A DNA stretch of 63,298 bases, filler included, from Bipalium vagum (taxonomy: Eukaryota), in assembly GCA_037834085.1 (NCBI GenBank). It is 3 parts of 3 records of this genome, joined end to end, with 100 filler letters (N's around TTAATTAATTAA, not from the genome) between each part and the next. Parts side by side here need not be neighbours in the genome. Positions count along the whole stretch, not along the records: positions 1 to 28,884 come from JBBMKC010043992.1; 2 more parts are not named here. One strand, 5' to 3'. The notes under the pieces were generated by a model, which saw only the letters and a program-made list of their open reading frames with translations, was not told where the DNA came from and did no database searches. The position numbers were made by a program, and so were the translations under genes. Positions 11,865-24,600 of this stretch are shown here, in pieces (positions within the stretch are counted from its first letter, which is position 1; every line of letters begins with the position of its first letter).

Positions 11865-13469
11865 GAGTTGGCCTAAAAAGTCCGTTCACCCCCTATAAAA
11901 TACAAGTTTTTATATTTTTTGATTTAGTTAAAAAAAGCTGTTTAAATATTTAGTTATTTAAAAAATGTAAGTTATTATAATATGTTTTTAAATGATGTGT
12001 AAAGTAATATGTAATTACATGGTTTTAGAGCAATATAATGTCTATAAAGTTAAAAGATTTTCAAAGAGATGTAATGGTTATGTTACAGAATAATGGGAAA
12101 TCTTGGACAGAAATAGTTCGTGAATTACTTGAGAAGTACAGCAAGACTGTGATAAAATGCGGTATGCAATATGTTTGGAAGAATTTTCTGAAAACAGGAT
12201 CCATGCAAGATAAGATAAGAAGTGGCAGACCAGTTACTTTTTCACCCCAAACTTCACACTCTATAAGAAGTATTAGCAAAGCCAATCGCTTATTAGCTGT
12301 TCATAATATTACCCGTATGTACAGTACAAGTTCTATCCAAAATTTATCTGTCAGTACCGTCCAAATAATTCTGAACAAGTATGGTTTTCGAAGTTATGTA
12401 GAAATTAAGAAGCCGTATTTGAAAATGCATCTACAACTCAGAAGACTTTGCTGGGACAAGACCTACAGTTCTTGGGATGCAGATAAATAAGGAGATGTGG
12501 TATTCAGCGACGAGTGCTTCTTTCATTCAAATTCGTCATCAAATAAATTATTGATTCGAGTAACCTCATTGAAAAACTGCAATATTGCCTTTAACCAAAC
12601 AGTTAAGGGACATGGTCCATCCATACATATCTGAGGATGTTTCAACAGTAACGGAGTTGGACTTCTGAAAAGAATCAATGGAAATATGAATGCCGAGAGA
12701 TATCAAAAAAAGATACTTTATGACATAGACATAGTTGGAAAATGCTTAGAATTTCCAAAAGCAGCATTCGCTTTTTAATATTATTTGGCTCCACCTCATT
12801 AGATCAACAGTACCCAGGCTCTGCTAAGAAATAAAAATATTGATGTTTTACCTTGGCTAGGTAATTCTCCTGATCTAAATCCCATAGAAAATATCTGGGG
12901 TATCCTTAAACGGCAACGAAGACCAATGAAACACAATTATGTTCAAGAATTATAGAATGAGGTCCAAAGAAAATGGTACAACCTTTCTTGTAATCTATGC
13001 CAAAAAATTCTGTTCTCGATACCCAAAAGATTAAAATTGGTCAAAAAATCAAATAGATATCCTATTAAATATTAAGACTTGTGTATTTACAGGGTTTTTC
13101 ATGAATATAAGTATTATATTTCCAAATATAAGAATTTTATTTCTCAATATAAGTAAAATTTTTCATAAATATAAGAATTTTGTTTAACTATATATTTGTT
13201 TACTTGAATTACAGTATATTACAGTAAATATATTATATAAAAAAAAAATATATATATTACAGTAAAAATATAATACTTATATTCATTTATTTCAGAAATG
13301 AATATACAAGAAAATACAAATAAAAGAAAACGAAGAACAACTTTGACAAAGGAAAATCAGTTGAAAGAAACTACACGATTGCGAAGACGGCAGAGGAAGC
13401 AGAAATTTTGCTGTTTAAAATATTCCTTTCAATTAAAAGTTGTATTTTCTATAGGGGTGAACAAACTTT
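11865..13469 (+). mobile_element. Tc1-family element nested in the mariner; transposase pseudogene 12038-13075
   Basis: Left end TA|gagttggcctaaaaagtccgttcaccccctataaaatacaag; inverse aagttgtattttctataggggtgaacaaacttt at ~13437-13469 with its outer tip lost. Motifs KTGSMQDKIRSGRP, VVFSDE and [15 protein letters not shown], with stops and frameshifts. Confidence 0.88.
13090..13410 (+). mobile_element. 5' end of another CAGGG-terminated element with aatataag subterminal repeats, inside the Tc1 3' region
   Basis: TA|cagggtttttcatgaatataag followed by several aatataag units at ~20-23-nt spacing, and a basic ORF start MNIQENTNKRKRRTTLTKE at 13298. The architecture is like the IS630-like elements at 1822 and 9844. 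Confidence 0.5.
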
Positions 13470-14434
13470 CATGAATTTAAATCTGGACGAATCTCTTTGG
13501 GTGATGATTTCAGAGAAGGTGTATCAGATGAAAATATTGAAGTTTTTCGGAAACTATTTAAAAAAGATAGTCGAACAATATATGATGAAATTCCGACATC
13601 ATTGAACAAATCTCGGAATTCAATCCATTTTATTTTACATGAAAACTGTTCTCGCTGCATATTGTATATTCTTAAAACTGATCAAAAACGAGATCGCGTA
13701 ATTGATCCAAAGCTATGGTCGATAAATTTAAGCAGGGAATCTCAAAACATGTTTATGACATCGTTAGTTGCTATGAATAATGAATATACTCATATGAACC
13801 AGAAACAAAGTAGTAGTCAACTGTTTAGATGTATCAGAGATAAAAATTACCAACGAAAGTTGTTCTATCCTAGAACACCTCCAATCAAATGGTTGCATGT
13901 TTCTTAGCCAAATCATGTCATATCTTCCCAGTTACCTCGAATTGGTATACCACAATTTGTTTGCCTGGAGTCCTCAAAGAATGGAGAAACAACAACTTGA
14001 GACGCTCCATTATGCTTCATCATAATAATGCCACTTCCCATACAGCCCATAAAACAATCGATTTATTGAGTACTCAAAACATTGAATTATTAAGCCTTCC
14101 ATCTCGTAGTCCTGATTTGGCACCAAATGACTTCTTTCCATTTGGTTCCATAAATAAAGACCTGAGTGGGCAATGGTTTTTATGTCCGAAACAAGCTGTA
14201 GAAGCATTCAAATCACATGTTTTGGACATACCGACTTCGAATTGGATTAAATGTTTAGATGACTGGTTTGACATAATGCAAAAGTGTATAGATTAAAAGA
14301 CGGTGAATACTTCGAAAAATAATGATGTTAATTATTATGATAAATATATATTGTTTGTGTGTCATTCCTGAAACTTATCGACTGACCTACGTATTAACTA
14401 AATCGTGTGCTCAATTTGATTCCAAATATCTATT

Positions 14435-14940
14435 ATTAGGGTCTACAAATATGACTCCGTCGTTTTTATTTTTTATAATTAAAATTAAAATGAAATTATT
14501 TTTTTGTATATTTGCTGCTATTTAAATAATATTCATCTTGAGCGCTAATTATAATAATATAATAATTTTTTAAATGGCTTGCAAATCATTAACTATTTAC
14601 TATTTTAGATGACAACATTTGTCCCGGAAAATAACCATTTGCAGGAAGCTTTATTATTTTTATTTAATTTAAAGAAAAATGCTGCCGAAGCATATAAATT
14701 ACTAGTACAAGCTTATGGCAACAGTTCTTTAGCTGAAAGAACATGTCGGGAATGGTTTCAAAAATTCAAAACGGACAATTTTAACCTCTAATGACAACAA
14801 TGCCAACGGAAATCCACCAAAAAAATTTGAAGACCCTGATTTGCAAGACTTGTTGGACGAAGACGGCTGTCAAACTCAGGTACAAATTGCTGCTTCATTG
14901 AATGTTTCCCAACAAACAATCCCCAATCGTTTACGCGGTA
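14435..14940 (+). mobile_element. 5' half of a Mos1-like mariner
   Basis: TIR-like ttagggtctacaaatatgactccgtcg. MTTFVPENNHLQEALLFLFNLKKNAAEAYKLLVQAYG...TCREWFQKFK, then PPKKFEDPDLQDLLDEDGCQTQ, parallels the Mos1 N-terminus. Confidence 0.85.
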
Positions 14941-16588
14941 CTTTTTATTTAATAAACAATGCTGACAATGTTTTTACTAACTAGATAAAGGAAAATCAAC
15001 ACAAAAATTGTCTTTATTTACACGGGCGCTAATCTCACAATCTGTAATTCAGAAAATCATGGTAGTTTCTCGCATACATTTGTCAACTGATTGAATGTTC
15101 TCATTTATTAAAATGCCATAATGAACGAAAAATTATGGAATGAAGATGAAATTTAGAATTTCAATCAATATAATACAAATGACTGAAAAGAATAAAATGC
15201 AATGGAAACTCTTCTAGATACCCTGGGTCTAAGATAGTCCTAGTCGACCCTTTGCAGCTCAAGATCAACCGACAATCTCAAGTTTTAAATTTAATAGAAT
15301 CTAATGTAAAGTTATCACCCGATATCAAAATGATTACTTACTGACCTTTATCTAATTTAAAATCACTCCTCTAGAATTTTTTTAAAAAAAATCTTTATAG
15401 TGTTAATCTGCAACTTTTTTGATAATGATTGAAATCATTAATAAACTAGCAACTCAAAGAAATTATTTAGGTTAATTTCAAATTAAATTATTCTTTGTTC
15501 AACACCTACTTCGTTATCAAAAATGAAAATTAATTTACCAATTTTAAATTAACAAAAATTACCTTCAGAAATAGCTAACTAAAGTTCATGTCTTTTATTT
15601 TAAAGAACTACTCACTCACTCTATTTCAGGCAGATCTGCGAATCTCTTATTGTTGCCCGGTCAATCACTAAATTAATAGCTCGATATTTAAAAAAATGCA
15701 TGCATCCGGTGGTCAATAACAACTAAAACAATAAATGTTCATATATTTTGTTTCATTCATATTTTATTTTAAATTATCGAAATTTCCTGAATTTGTTTTC
15801 ATTATTACTTTTTTTCTTGCTACAAGTTATCTTAATTAATTAATATTTACTTAGTTAAATCAATAATTTTGTACAATTGATTTTTTGAGTTTATTTATTT
15901 AAAATGCTCGGCAAATAAATTACATGTTTAAATACTGTGTAAAATAATAATTATTAAAACAAAACATTGATAAAAAATAAAATTCTATTTTATATTCTGT
16001 ACGTCAAACAATTTCTGCGTTTAATTGGATCAATATTTTTATGTGAAACTGTAATAAATTATAATTAGCTTAAAATAATTGGGAATAAATTTTACATAAT
16101 GAGATCAATTGAGTGGAAATCTGTATATTAACTGTTATTTAAGTGTGTCTGTGGTTGTATGTGTGTTGCTGTAAGGGAATCTGGTTGCGTTGTGAATTTT
16201 GTGTGCGTACCATGTGTGTCGGTGTGTTTACAGTTCAAAATAAATGTTGGATCTCTACCTCATATGATGACAGAGTGAACTATCATTTTTCATCCCCATG
16301 GTTATCATTTGCAATTCATAATGGCAACGGTTGATGATGGCATGCAATCAAGCTTTGTATAAAGGATTCAGTTCTAGAAAATTGAGTGATAAATAATTTT
16401 GTTTCTCATTCTGTACCATGGATAAGCTGAAGCCCATCTTAATAATGAACACACTCATTTTCTGTAAACATTTCGTTTTAGTATTATTGTAAAAGGAACT
16501 TCATAACAAAAAAACAATTTGAAATTCTGAAATTAATTTATCAATTTCAAATGTTGTTGAGTTTCCTATCTTTAATCTTGGAATTCTA

Positions 16589-19500
16589 ATGGAATCTGAT
16601 GAGATTAGAAAATATTCCGTTGTCAATCCACAAGGGATACCGTCTAAAGAAGGTAATTTAAATATTGATATAGTAGCCAAAAATGTTTTTCTTTGATTAA
16701 TTTTTTTAATCAATTAGACATCGGTTAATTATGATATAAAAGTTTTTTGGACATTTATATGAAATATAATGTCATTTTATTAAGAGCCCAACAGTCCGGG
16801 AGCAAAATTTTGTGGATCCATTCTAATGGTGCTATCATTAGTTCTCATTGTGGTAACATTTCCTTTCAGCTTGATATTTTGTATTAAGGTAGATTGTTAC
16901 TTTATTAATTAATATTTATGATTTGTCATTTATAGGTTGTTGTGGAATATGAAAGAGCTGTCATCTTTCGGCTGGGTCGAATAATTCCTGGAAGTCCAAA
17001 AGGTCCTGGGCTTTTATTTATATTTCCATGCATTGATCATTTAAGATCAGTTGATTTAAGAACCGTTACATTTGACGTACCTCCTCAGGAAGTAAGATAT
17101 TTCAATAAGTAAATAATTTTATAAATTAATTTATACAGTGATTGATATAAAAAATATTATTAAACTTATTTGTTTTAATTATTAATTAAAAAATATTTTA
17201 AAGTGGAAATTGATCAATTTTAGCAAAAATTTAAAATTAAATGTGATTTTAATTCCACTATACAGTTATGACAGATAATTAAATATTAAGAATAACATAA
17301 TTTAGTGAATATTTAGGTGGAAAATAAAAATGTCTATTTTTAAAATTAAAAAAAATTGAATTGTTTTGATTTCATATTGAAATAAAATTATCAAAAATTA
17401 ATTAAAACTAAAAAGAAGAAATAATCAATAATATTAAACTATAAAACAGATTAAAAATGGGAAATATCAATTGATAATTTAACAAAGAAACCTTAAACAA
17501 AATGTTACGCTGAAAGGAAAAATTTCCATATTTATATTTTAAAATAATTTTATCGTTTTTTCAACGTTCCATAAGTACTTCAATTTTTTAAATTTAAGGT
17601 GTACCCTTTTTTAAGTTTGAAGAACTCATCCAACAAAAGAGGTTGCATATTTTTTCATTTCATTTTGAAAATAGATCCATTTATTGTGATTATTTTATAA
17701 AATTTTTCTTTTCTAAATTAAACAAGCACATTACTCTTTTAAATCACTTCATAATTTATATTTTGAGACGTTTAAAAACCAAATCGGTGCTTCGAGCTTT
17801 TACATGTTAGTACGAAGGTATCTTTGGTGAGAAAAAACTCTTTAATATAGATTGTAATTTATAAAAAAAACTTTATCTATCAATCTTCATTATAAGAGCT
17901 ATTATTGATGCCAAAATGTGTGGTAATTCAATTTCCACGGGAATGGAAACAAATTTGAAAAAATTTCATTTGGAACTTGAAAATATATTACTAATTAATT
18001 TAATTCATAATTGTTATGTGAATGATCAAGCATAAATAATTAAGAATATTCTCATTGAGGCTTTTTATTAATTTATTTTTATTTTATTTAATCTGCTCAT
18101 AATTTTCTAAGTTCACAAATTCATATTTTTTTAAAATTGATTTTTCAATTTCATTACAATTATATCGATCTAAGTTTTTTATATAACACAATTATGAAAT
18201 TAAATGGTTCGATGTAGATAATATTTCAATAATAAAGAAATTTGTTGATCTGTCAAATAAATAAATATAAATATTATCAAGGATAAATTGTCATTGAAAT
18301 AAATCATTGAAATTAATTTCAATTAATGGGTTGCTTCATTATTTAATGTAATTAAATTTTTCAGAAAAATAAAAGTTGAAAATTGACGCCTTCAAAAAAT
18401 ATATATATGATAACCAGTTAAAATATTTTCTCTTATTATATATCAGAAAACTTGAAATAGTTTTTTTTCTTTTAATTTGAGTACAATATAAAATTACAAT
18501 ATAAATTTTTAGTTTACCTTCTTTCCACAGACTTTAGATTCAATAAAAAAATAACAAAACATTTTTGAAATTACATAACCTCCTTAAAAGATAATTATAT
18601 TATTTCTTCATGAAAACAATTGAAAAATGTACTGTAAAATATGTGAGGCACAATTTTTTATAAATGAAAGTTGTGTATGTTTACACGATCAATATAAATT
18701 GTTATTTTGTAAGTTAAATTTGTCTTTAATTATTTTTTATTTTAATTCAAAATTTTGGTTTATTTTTTTATATTTATAAACATTATTATCAATAGTATTA
18801 GAAAAGAGCATAACAAAAATTTTAAAATTGTATAGAGCATCACAGAGGAAGGGTAGGCCAAAACAATTTAAGAAATATCTTATCACATAATAATACTTAA
18901 ATTACTTAATTAAACCTGTTGCCAGAAAATATACTGGAAATGAAAGAAAATACTATGTAGAATGACAATATCCTGCAATTAATCCTCATGGCTAAGATAA
19001 GAAATATTGTTAGTATATTGTCTCCTATTTGAGATATTCTATAGTTCCCAGTTTTTTCAACTTGAAGAATAATTTTTCATTTAAAAATAGAAATTTTGTT
19101 TATGTTTGTTGAAGTTAATATCTTAACAAATGGGAAATAATTAAAAAGGAAAATGATATATTAAGTTTTGAGATTACAAGATTTTTGTCTAGTTTAAAGT
19201 ACTTGTCGAAGAATTTAGTAATTGATTATTATTATTCAAAGATGATTGAAAAACTGTTTTATCAATTGAGAATTAAATCTAATTGCTTTTTGACTATTCA
19301 TATTTTGAAATTAAAATTGTTCAGTTAATTGTAGATATTATCGTGGAAGGAGTTTATGTAGATGACTTGCGCAAGAAAATGTTTCAGTTCCCACTTTTTG
19401 CTATAACTTAGTGCACAACATGATATTTTAAAACATCAATTAAAATAGAGAAATAAACTTTTTTTATTCAGTAATATTTTTGAAAGTTTTAAATATTAGG

Positions 19501-21574
19501 TAATGTTTTTAGATTGAGCTTTGCGCAGATTCAATACAGTGAAATAAATACTATTGTTCCTCGGAAGATACGATATTTTTAATTGCCTATGTAATTTCAC
19601 CCGACTTAAATATTAGTGTAAAAAAAATAGTGTAAGAACCTAGTTGCAGTAGATGACCATGCAACGAACGGTCATATTGTTCTGTTGCGGGATCCCGCTA
19701 GCCAAAAGGCCGCTGGTATTCAGTATACAAACACTATGAAGACGATGGATAAACAAGAAACACGAGGAAGATGGTGCCGAATACTGAATTTCCTCGAAAG
19801 AAGCGTTTTTTCTTATATAATTTTTGGTATAAATACATTTTCCTATTGTACTATTATTCAGTGGAAAATACGTATTTTTGATTACCTATGTAATTTCAGC
19901 TCGACTTAAATTGTGTAAGAACCTATTAGACTATCCAGACAACAAATGGTCATTTTGTTCTGTTGTTGGATTCCAGTAACCGAAAGGTAGGGGATATCTG
20001 ATAAACAAACCCGTTAAAGATTACTAAAGAAGAAACACGAAGAAGATGGTGTTCGTTGCCCATTAAGTGAAGATTAATCTAAAATATAACTTATTTTACC
20101 TGAAAATAAATAACCAGATGTTTGAATCTAATTCAATAATATTTTAAAAATGATTTTTAATTGTTATTTCCATTGAAATAAAAAGATAAATCGTATTTAA
20201 CATTGATTATTTTAAAAAAATAATAAATAATAGTTAAATATTGATTACGTATAAAAAACATTATTCAAAATTTCTAGAAAATATTTTTATTTTACAAGAA
20301 TCTAATTAACTGAGATGCATCTTTCTGATCGTGCCTTGATTTATAAAAATATATCGATGACATTTCTGTGCAAGTATCACAAAGTAAACTAATTTCGCTC
20401 ATTTTGACATGCCTTCAATCTCGAATTTTCCGAGTTATATAATTAAGTTAATAAGTTATATTTAATTATAAATTTGAGTTAATACAATTTACAAATATTA
20501 AAATTTTGTTATAATAAATAAAAAACAAATTTATAGTGGGAAAAGGTAAAATATATTGATTTTAATATTAAATAAATATTATTATTAATGTAATAATTTA
20601 TTGGTAGTCTTTACACTCAAATACCATATAATTTATCGTAACTTATTCTAATTGTTGTGCAACTTTAACGTTAATTTCTCAATATTAACAATATATTTAG
20701 TTTTATAATTATTTTTCAAGTTTAATAAAAATGCACTGCAAAGAGAAAAATAATTATTATCATAACAAGAACTTCTAGACAATTAAAATTTCAAAATTTC
20801 CATAGATGACACTAAGAATTTTGTGAATTTTTATTAAATTTTCTTTTGCATAATCTTCTCTTGCATTGTGAAATTTTTAATTTAAGAGTTTTTAACTATG
20901 AATCCTATTTTTTTTATCGATTTTTCATTAAATTCAAAATTATTAAAAGTGAAAACTCGTTAAAAATATTAATATCTAAAATATAATGTAATAACTGCTG
21001 CTAAACGAGCCTAAATAAAAATGTGACTTGATTGGTAGTAAAAAAATGTTCTCTAGTTTTTAGTAATACAAAAATTGTAATATTAAGAATATATCTAAGT
21101 GAAAGAACTATAAGTAAAAATATGGTATCAGTATGTAAAAGGATTAAAAGAATTGTATATAAAACGTTGTCCTCAAATATATAATGAAAAAAATTAAAAT
21201 TGAATAGCAAAAGTTTTTATTAAAACTTCGCAATGAAATGAAACCTTTAATGCAATTAAAATTAATCTTGAAACAAAAATATTTTAAAAAATTTCAATTC
21301 TTCATAATTCACCATTATTATTTATGAATAAATAATTAATTCATCCTACTCTATTTTTGAAATTTGTTTCGACTTTGATGTTATCAATAAACTGTGTCTC
21401 AATAAATAATAGATTAAATTTATTTGATATCAGTATAGTTGTCACTATACTACTATATTATAAAAGGTGTTAGATAAGTAACTCTGTGGTTGTTGTCATT
21501 CTAACAAAACTAAAAATAGAAAACAGCTGAACATTTTAGTGCTTACTTCTCTAGACAGTAACTGAAGTTTTGGT

Positions 21575-21615
<41 letters not shown>

Positions 21616-24600
21616 TTGTTGCCGACTGCGATTCTTACATAGTTAGAGATGAGAAGTGCAGTTGTCGATACTTTGAATAGATTAGTTTATTTCATTAAAA
21701 CCTTAAAGAATTTTCTACTTCAAGAGATTAATGATAGGTAGTGGATAATGGTAAGCAAAAATCTTTAAATATTTCCAAAGAAAAAAATCTAATTTTCATA
21801 GATCTGGATCCTTGACGATTAACTAACTCATTCGCCTGTCTAAATTCATTTTTAGGTGATGTTTCTTTCATTATATAACGAAATGGTGGTTTTTAACAAG
21901 AATAGTCACTGGTGTTTTGAAAATATTTTATTATTACTAGCTACATATTTATCTTATCTTTCAGTGAATTATGAATACTGTCCCAAGGAAACTCATGTTT
22001 TGAGATGATTCATCAGAGACCAATTTTTGAACATCTTCATACGTTTTGTCTTGAGATAAACTTTCCAGACCACATCTTTTAACATGCTTTTAACTGGTTA
22101 GAAGCGTGTGGTGGTGCCTTGTTATAGAGTAAAATTACTTTACAATGTTTTTTCGATGATTCTGTGCGTTTAGAAATTAAAAATTGATTTAGTTGAAATA
22201 ATTGGTTTTGATAACACTCAGAGTTTACATTTTCATCTGATTTAAACACCTCGTGGTACGCCAAACTGTTTTGATCACATCAGAAACAGAGAATTGTTTT
22301 CTTTCCAAAGTAATGTGTGCTTATAGTCTGTTTTGATGTTTGATCTTGGTTAACCAATGATTTCGTTCGTTTTATATTTTCAAAATAAATTTACTTTTCT
22401 TCTGTCAAAAATTGATGCAAGAAATACTTTCTTTCGTACCATTGAAACAAAATCTCATCTACTACTCTTAGGTTTTCCAATTGTTTTTCGTATAATTTTT
22501 TCCTATCTTTTTCCTTCCTTTAAAGTCTTCCCCATATCATAATGAATTAGATTTAAATTCAAAATTAGATTATTATACACATCAGTGAATGGATTTAAAT
22601 AAATCCGCATTATTTATCTGAACACTTAGTACACACTTAATTTTTATATATTATATTGTTCAACATAAATAAAGATATTAAAAAAATTAAAATTTTAATT
22701 GTGGCTCACAAAATCATGTTATTTTAACCAATCCTCTGAGTGATTTATTGAGCACTTTATACTTGAAATCTAGTTTACCAAACATTTCCTTTTCAATTTC
22801 TTTATTCAATAAATTGGAAATATTTTAGGTTTTAACGAAAGACTCTGTCACAGTAGCTGTTGACGCAGTGGTTTATTTTAGAATATATAACCCCATTGTA
22901 TCAGTAACGAATGTCGAAAATGCTGATAGGTCAACAAGACTTCTTGCTGCTACAACTCTTCGAAATGTCTTAGGAACAAAAAATCTTGCAGAAATTCTTT
23001 CTGAAAGAGATTCTATATCAAATATGATGCAGGTATAGTTTATATATAATAAAAATATAATATGGAGATCCAAGAAAACCACATTTGTAAAAGTAAATCA
23101 ATTCGTTATAAATTTTGTCCGCTAGACAAGATAATAACTTAACTTAATATCTTTAACTTATGAAACATCAACTTAGAAAAATCATTATACTTATTCAGTT
23201 CATTAAGAATTCTTGAGGTTGTTAACCACCTTAAGCATGTTTAAGCACAAATGGAATTAATAGTTGTAATTTGGCTATTGTTTATTATTCTTTCTTACCA
23301 CTGCTATCATGTGTTCTGAAATCTCGATAAAATATCACTCTTAAAGTTCTTCCTACTTTTATTTCTGTTTATCTGAGTATCTCTTTACAGTCATCTCACC
23401 AATTTAATATTTTGGCCACAAACATTCACAAACATGGAATGAATTTCTAACACTTTGTATTTACCGCATTCTTAATCTGCTACAGGAAATTTTTGCTTTT
23501 CGACACGATTTCTTTGCTTTGCCTATATATGAAATGATTTTAAAATGCACAAAACAATGATAAAATATGTAAAATTAAATTGATTTAAATTAGTTCTATT
23601 CTGAAATGTATACTTAAATTAAAGAAAAATATATATGAAGTATATTTCAAAACGAAGAAAAGCGATTTACACAGTCGAATTCGTTCTTTAAATGCGGTTT
23701 TCTGATCTCCCTACAATTAAAAAAATGTATTAAATAATTTTTCATATTGAAATGGTAATTTTTCCTTTGAAGATTTTCTTAATATGAAAAACCTAAGCTG
23801 AATATACTTCTTTATTTGATATACCTATACCATTTTTCAATGGTAAAGTCGTTTTAAAAATTATTAGTCTTTTAGAGATAAAAATTTATTCTTATGAAAA
23901 TTTTTCACACACTTACATGATTATTTTAATGTCTTTTAGAGATAAAAATTTATTCTTATGAAAATTTGTCACACACTTACATGGTTGTTTTAATGTACAG
24001 TGCGACACAAATTTATTTACGAAATCAATCAAATTTAATTTAATTAAATTTTTTAAATGGTAATTTATATTTTATTAATGGTTTAATATAAATACAATAT
24101 CTGAGTACAATTTTCAAAAAAAATTACAGGTAAATTTATTAAGTGAAATCAAATAAAATACAATTTTGTTAAAATAGTCTAATTTATATTGACACATATT
24201 TATTTACGTACATATTTTAAAGTTATATATTTTTATCAATTTTTAACCAATTAATAAAATTTTTTGAAACATTAAGAGTAAGTCATGTCTTTTATAAAAT
24301 TTAATAATTTTGTACTTGTATAATAATTTAATACATGTTTCAGAAATATGCCAAAAGTAAGAGAAATGAGTCAAAATGAAAAAGGCATGATCAATGCCTA
24401 TAAAGGATGTGGCAAGTCGAATCGATGGATAGCAAACAAGATTGGAAGATGTGAAGGAGCAATTAGGTATTATTTAAAAAATAAAGGCCAAAAAATATGG
24501 AAACGTGTACCAATACCCAAGCTCCCCTTCCACAGAGCATCTAATAATTCACAATGCCAGTAATAAAGTCACATCAAGCTCAAAATTGAAAAGAGAAATG

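Larger units (their letters stand above)
11568..14391 (+). mobile_element. Full-length but decayed mariner, interrupted by a nested Tc1
   Basis: TIRs TA|caaggggcagttgaaaagtttcgggaagg and cattcctgaaacttatcgactgacctacg|TA. The transposase starts MNLSMENFREMIFYDF at 11741, breaks at ~11864 and resumes HEFKSGRISLGDDFREG at 13470. It continues to HHNNATSH, SPDLAPNDFF and MQKCID...GEYFEK. Confidence 0.88.

Noticed and set aside
19755-19830. U3-like C' box (cacgaggaaga) and Sm-site-like aatttttgg
   Set aside because: No U3 boxes B/C/D follow; the Sm-like site lies after a T6 run and is absent from the second copy; no SL exon ending in ATG|GT.
22873-23082. Minus-strand ORF; likewise 16501-16713, 32223-32432, 48310-48735 and 43182-43388
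   Set aside because: Antisense or off-frame shadows of real stomatin, SNF8, RYBP and GST exons.
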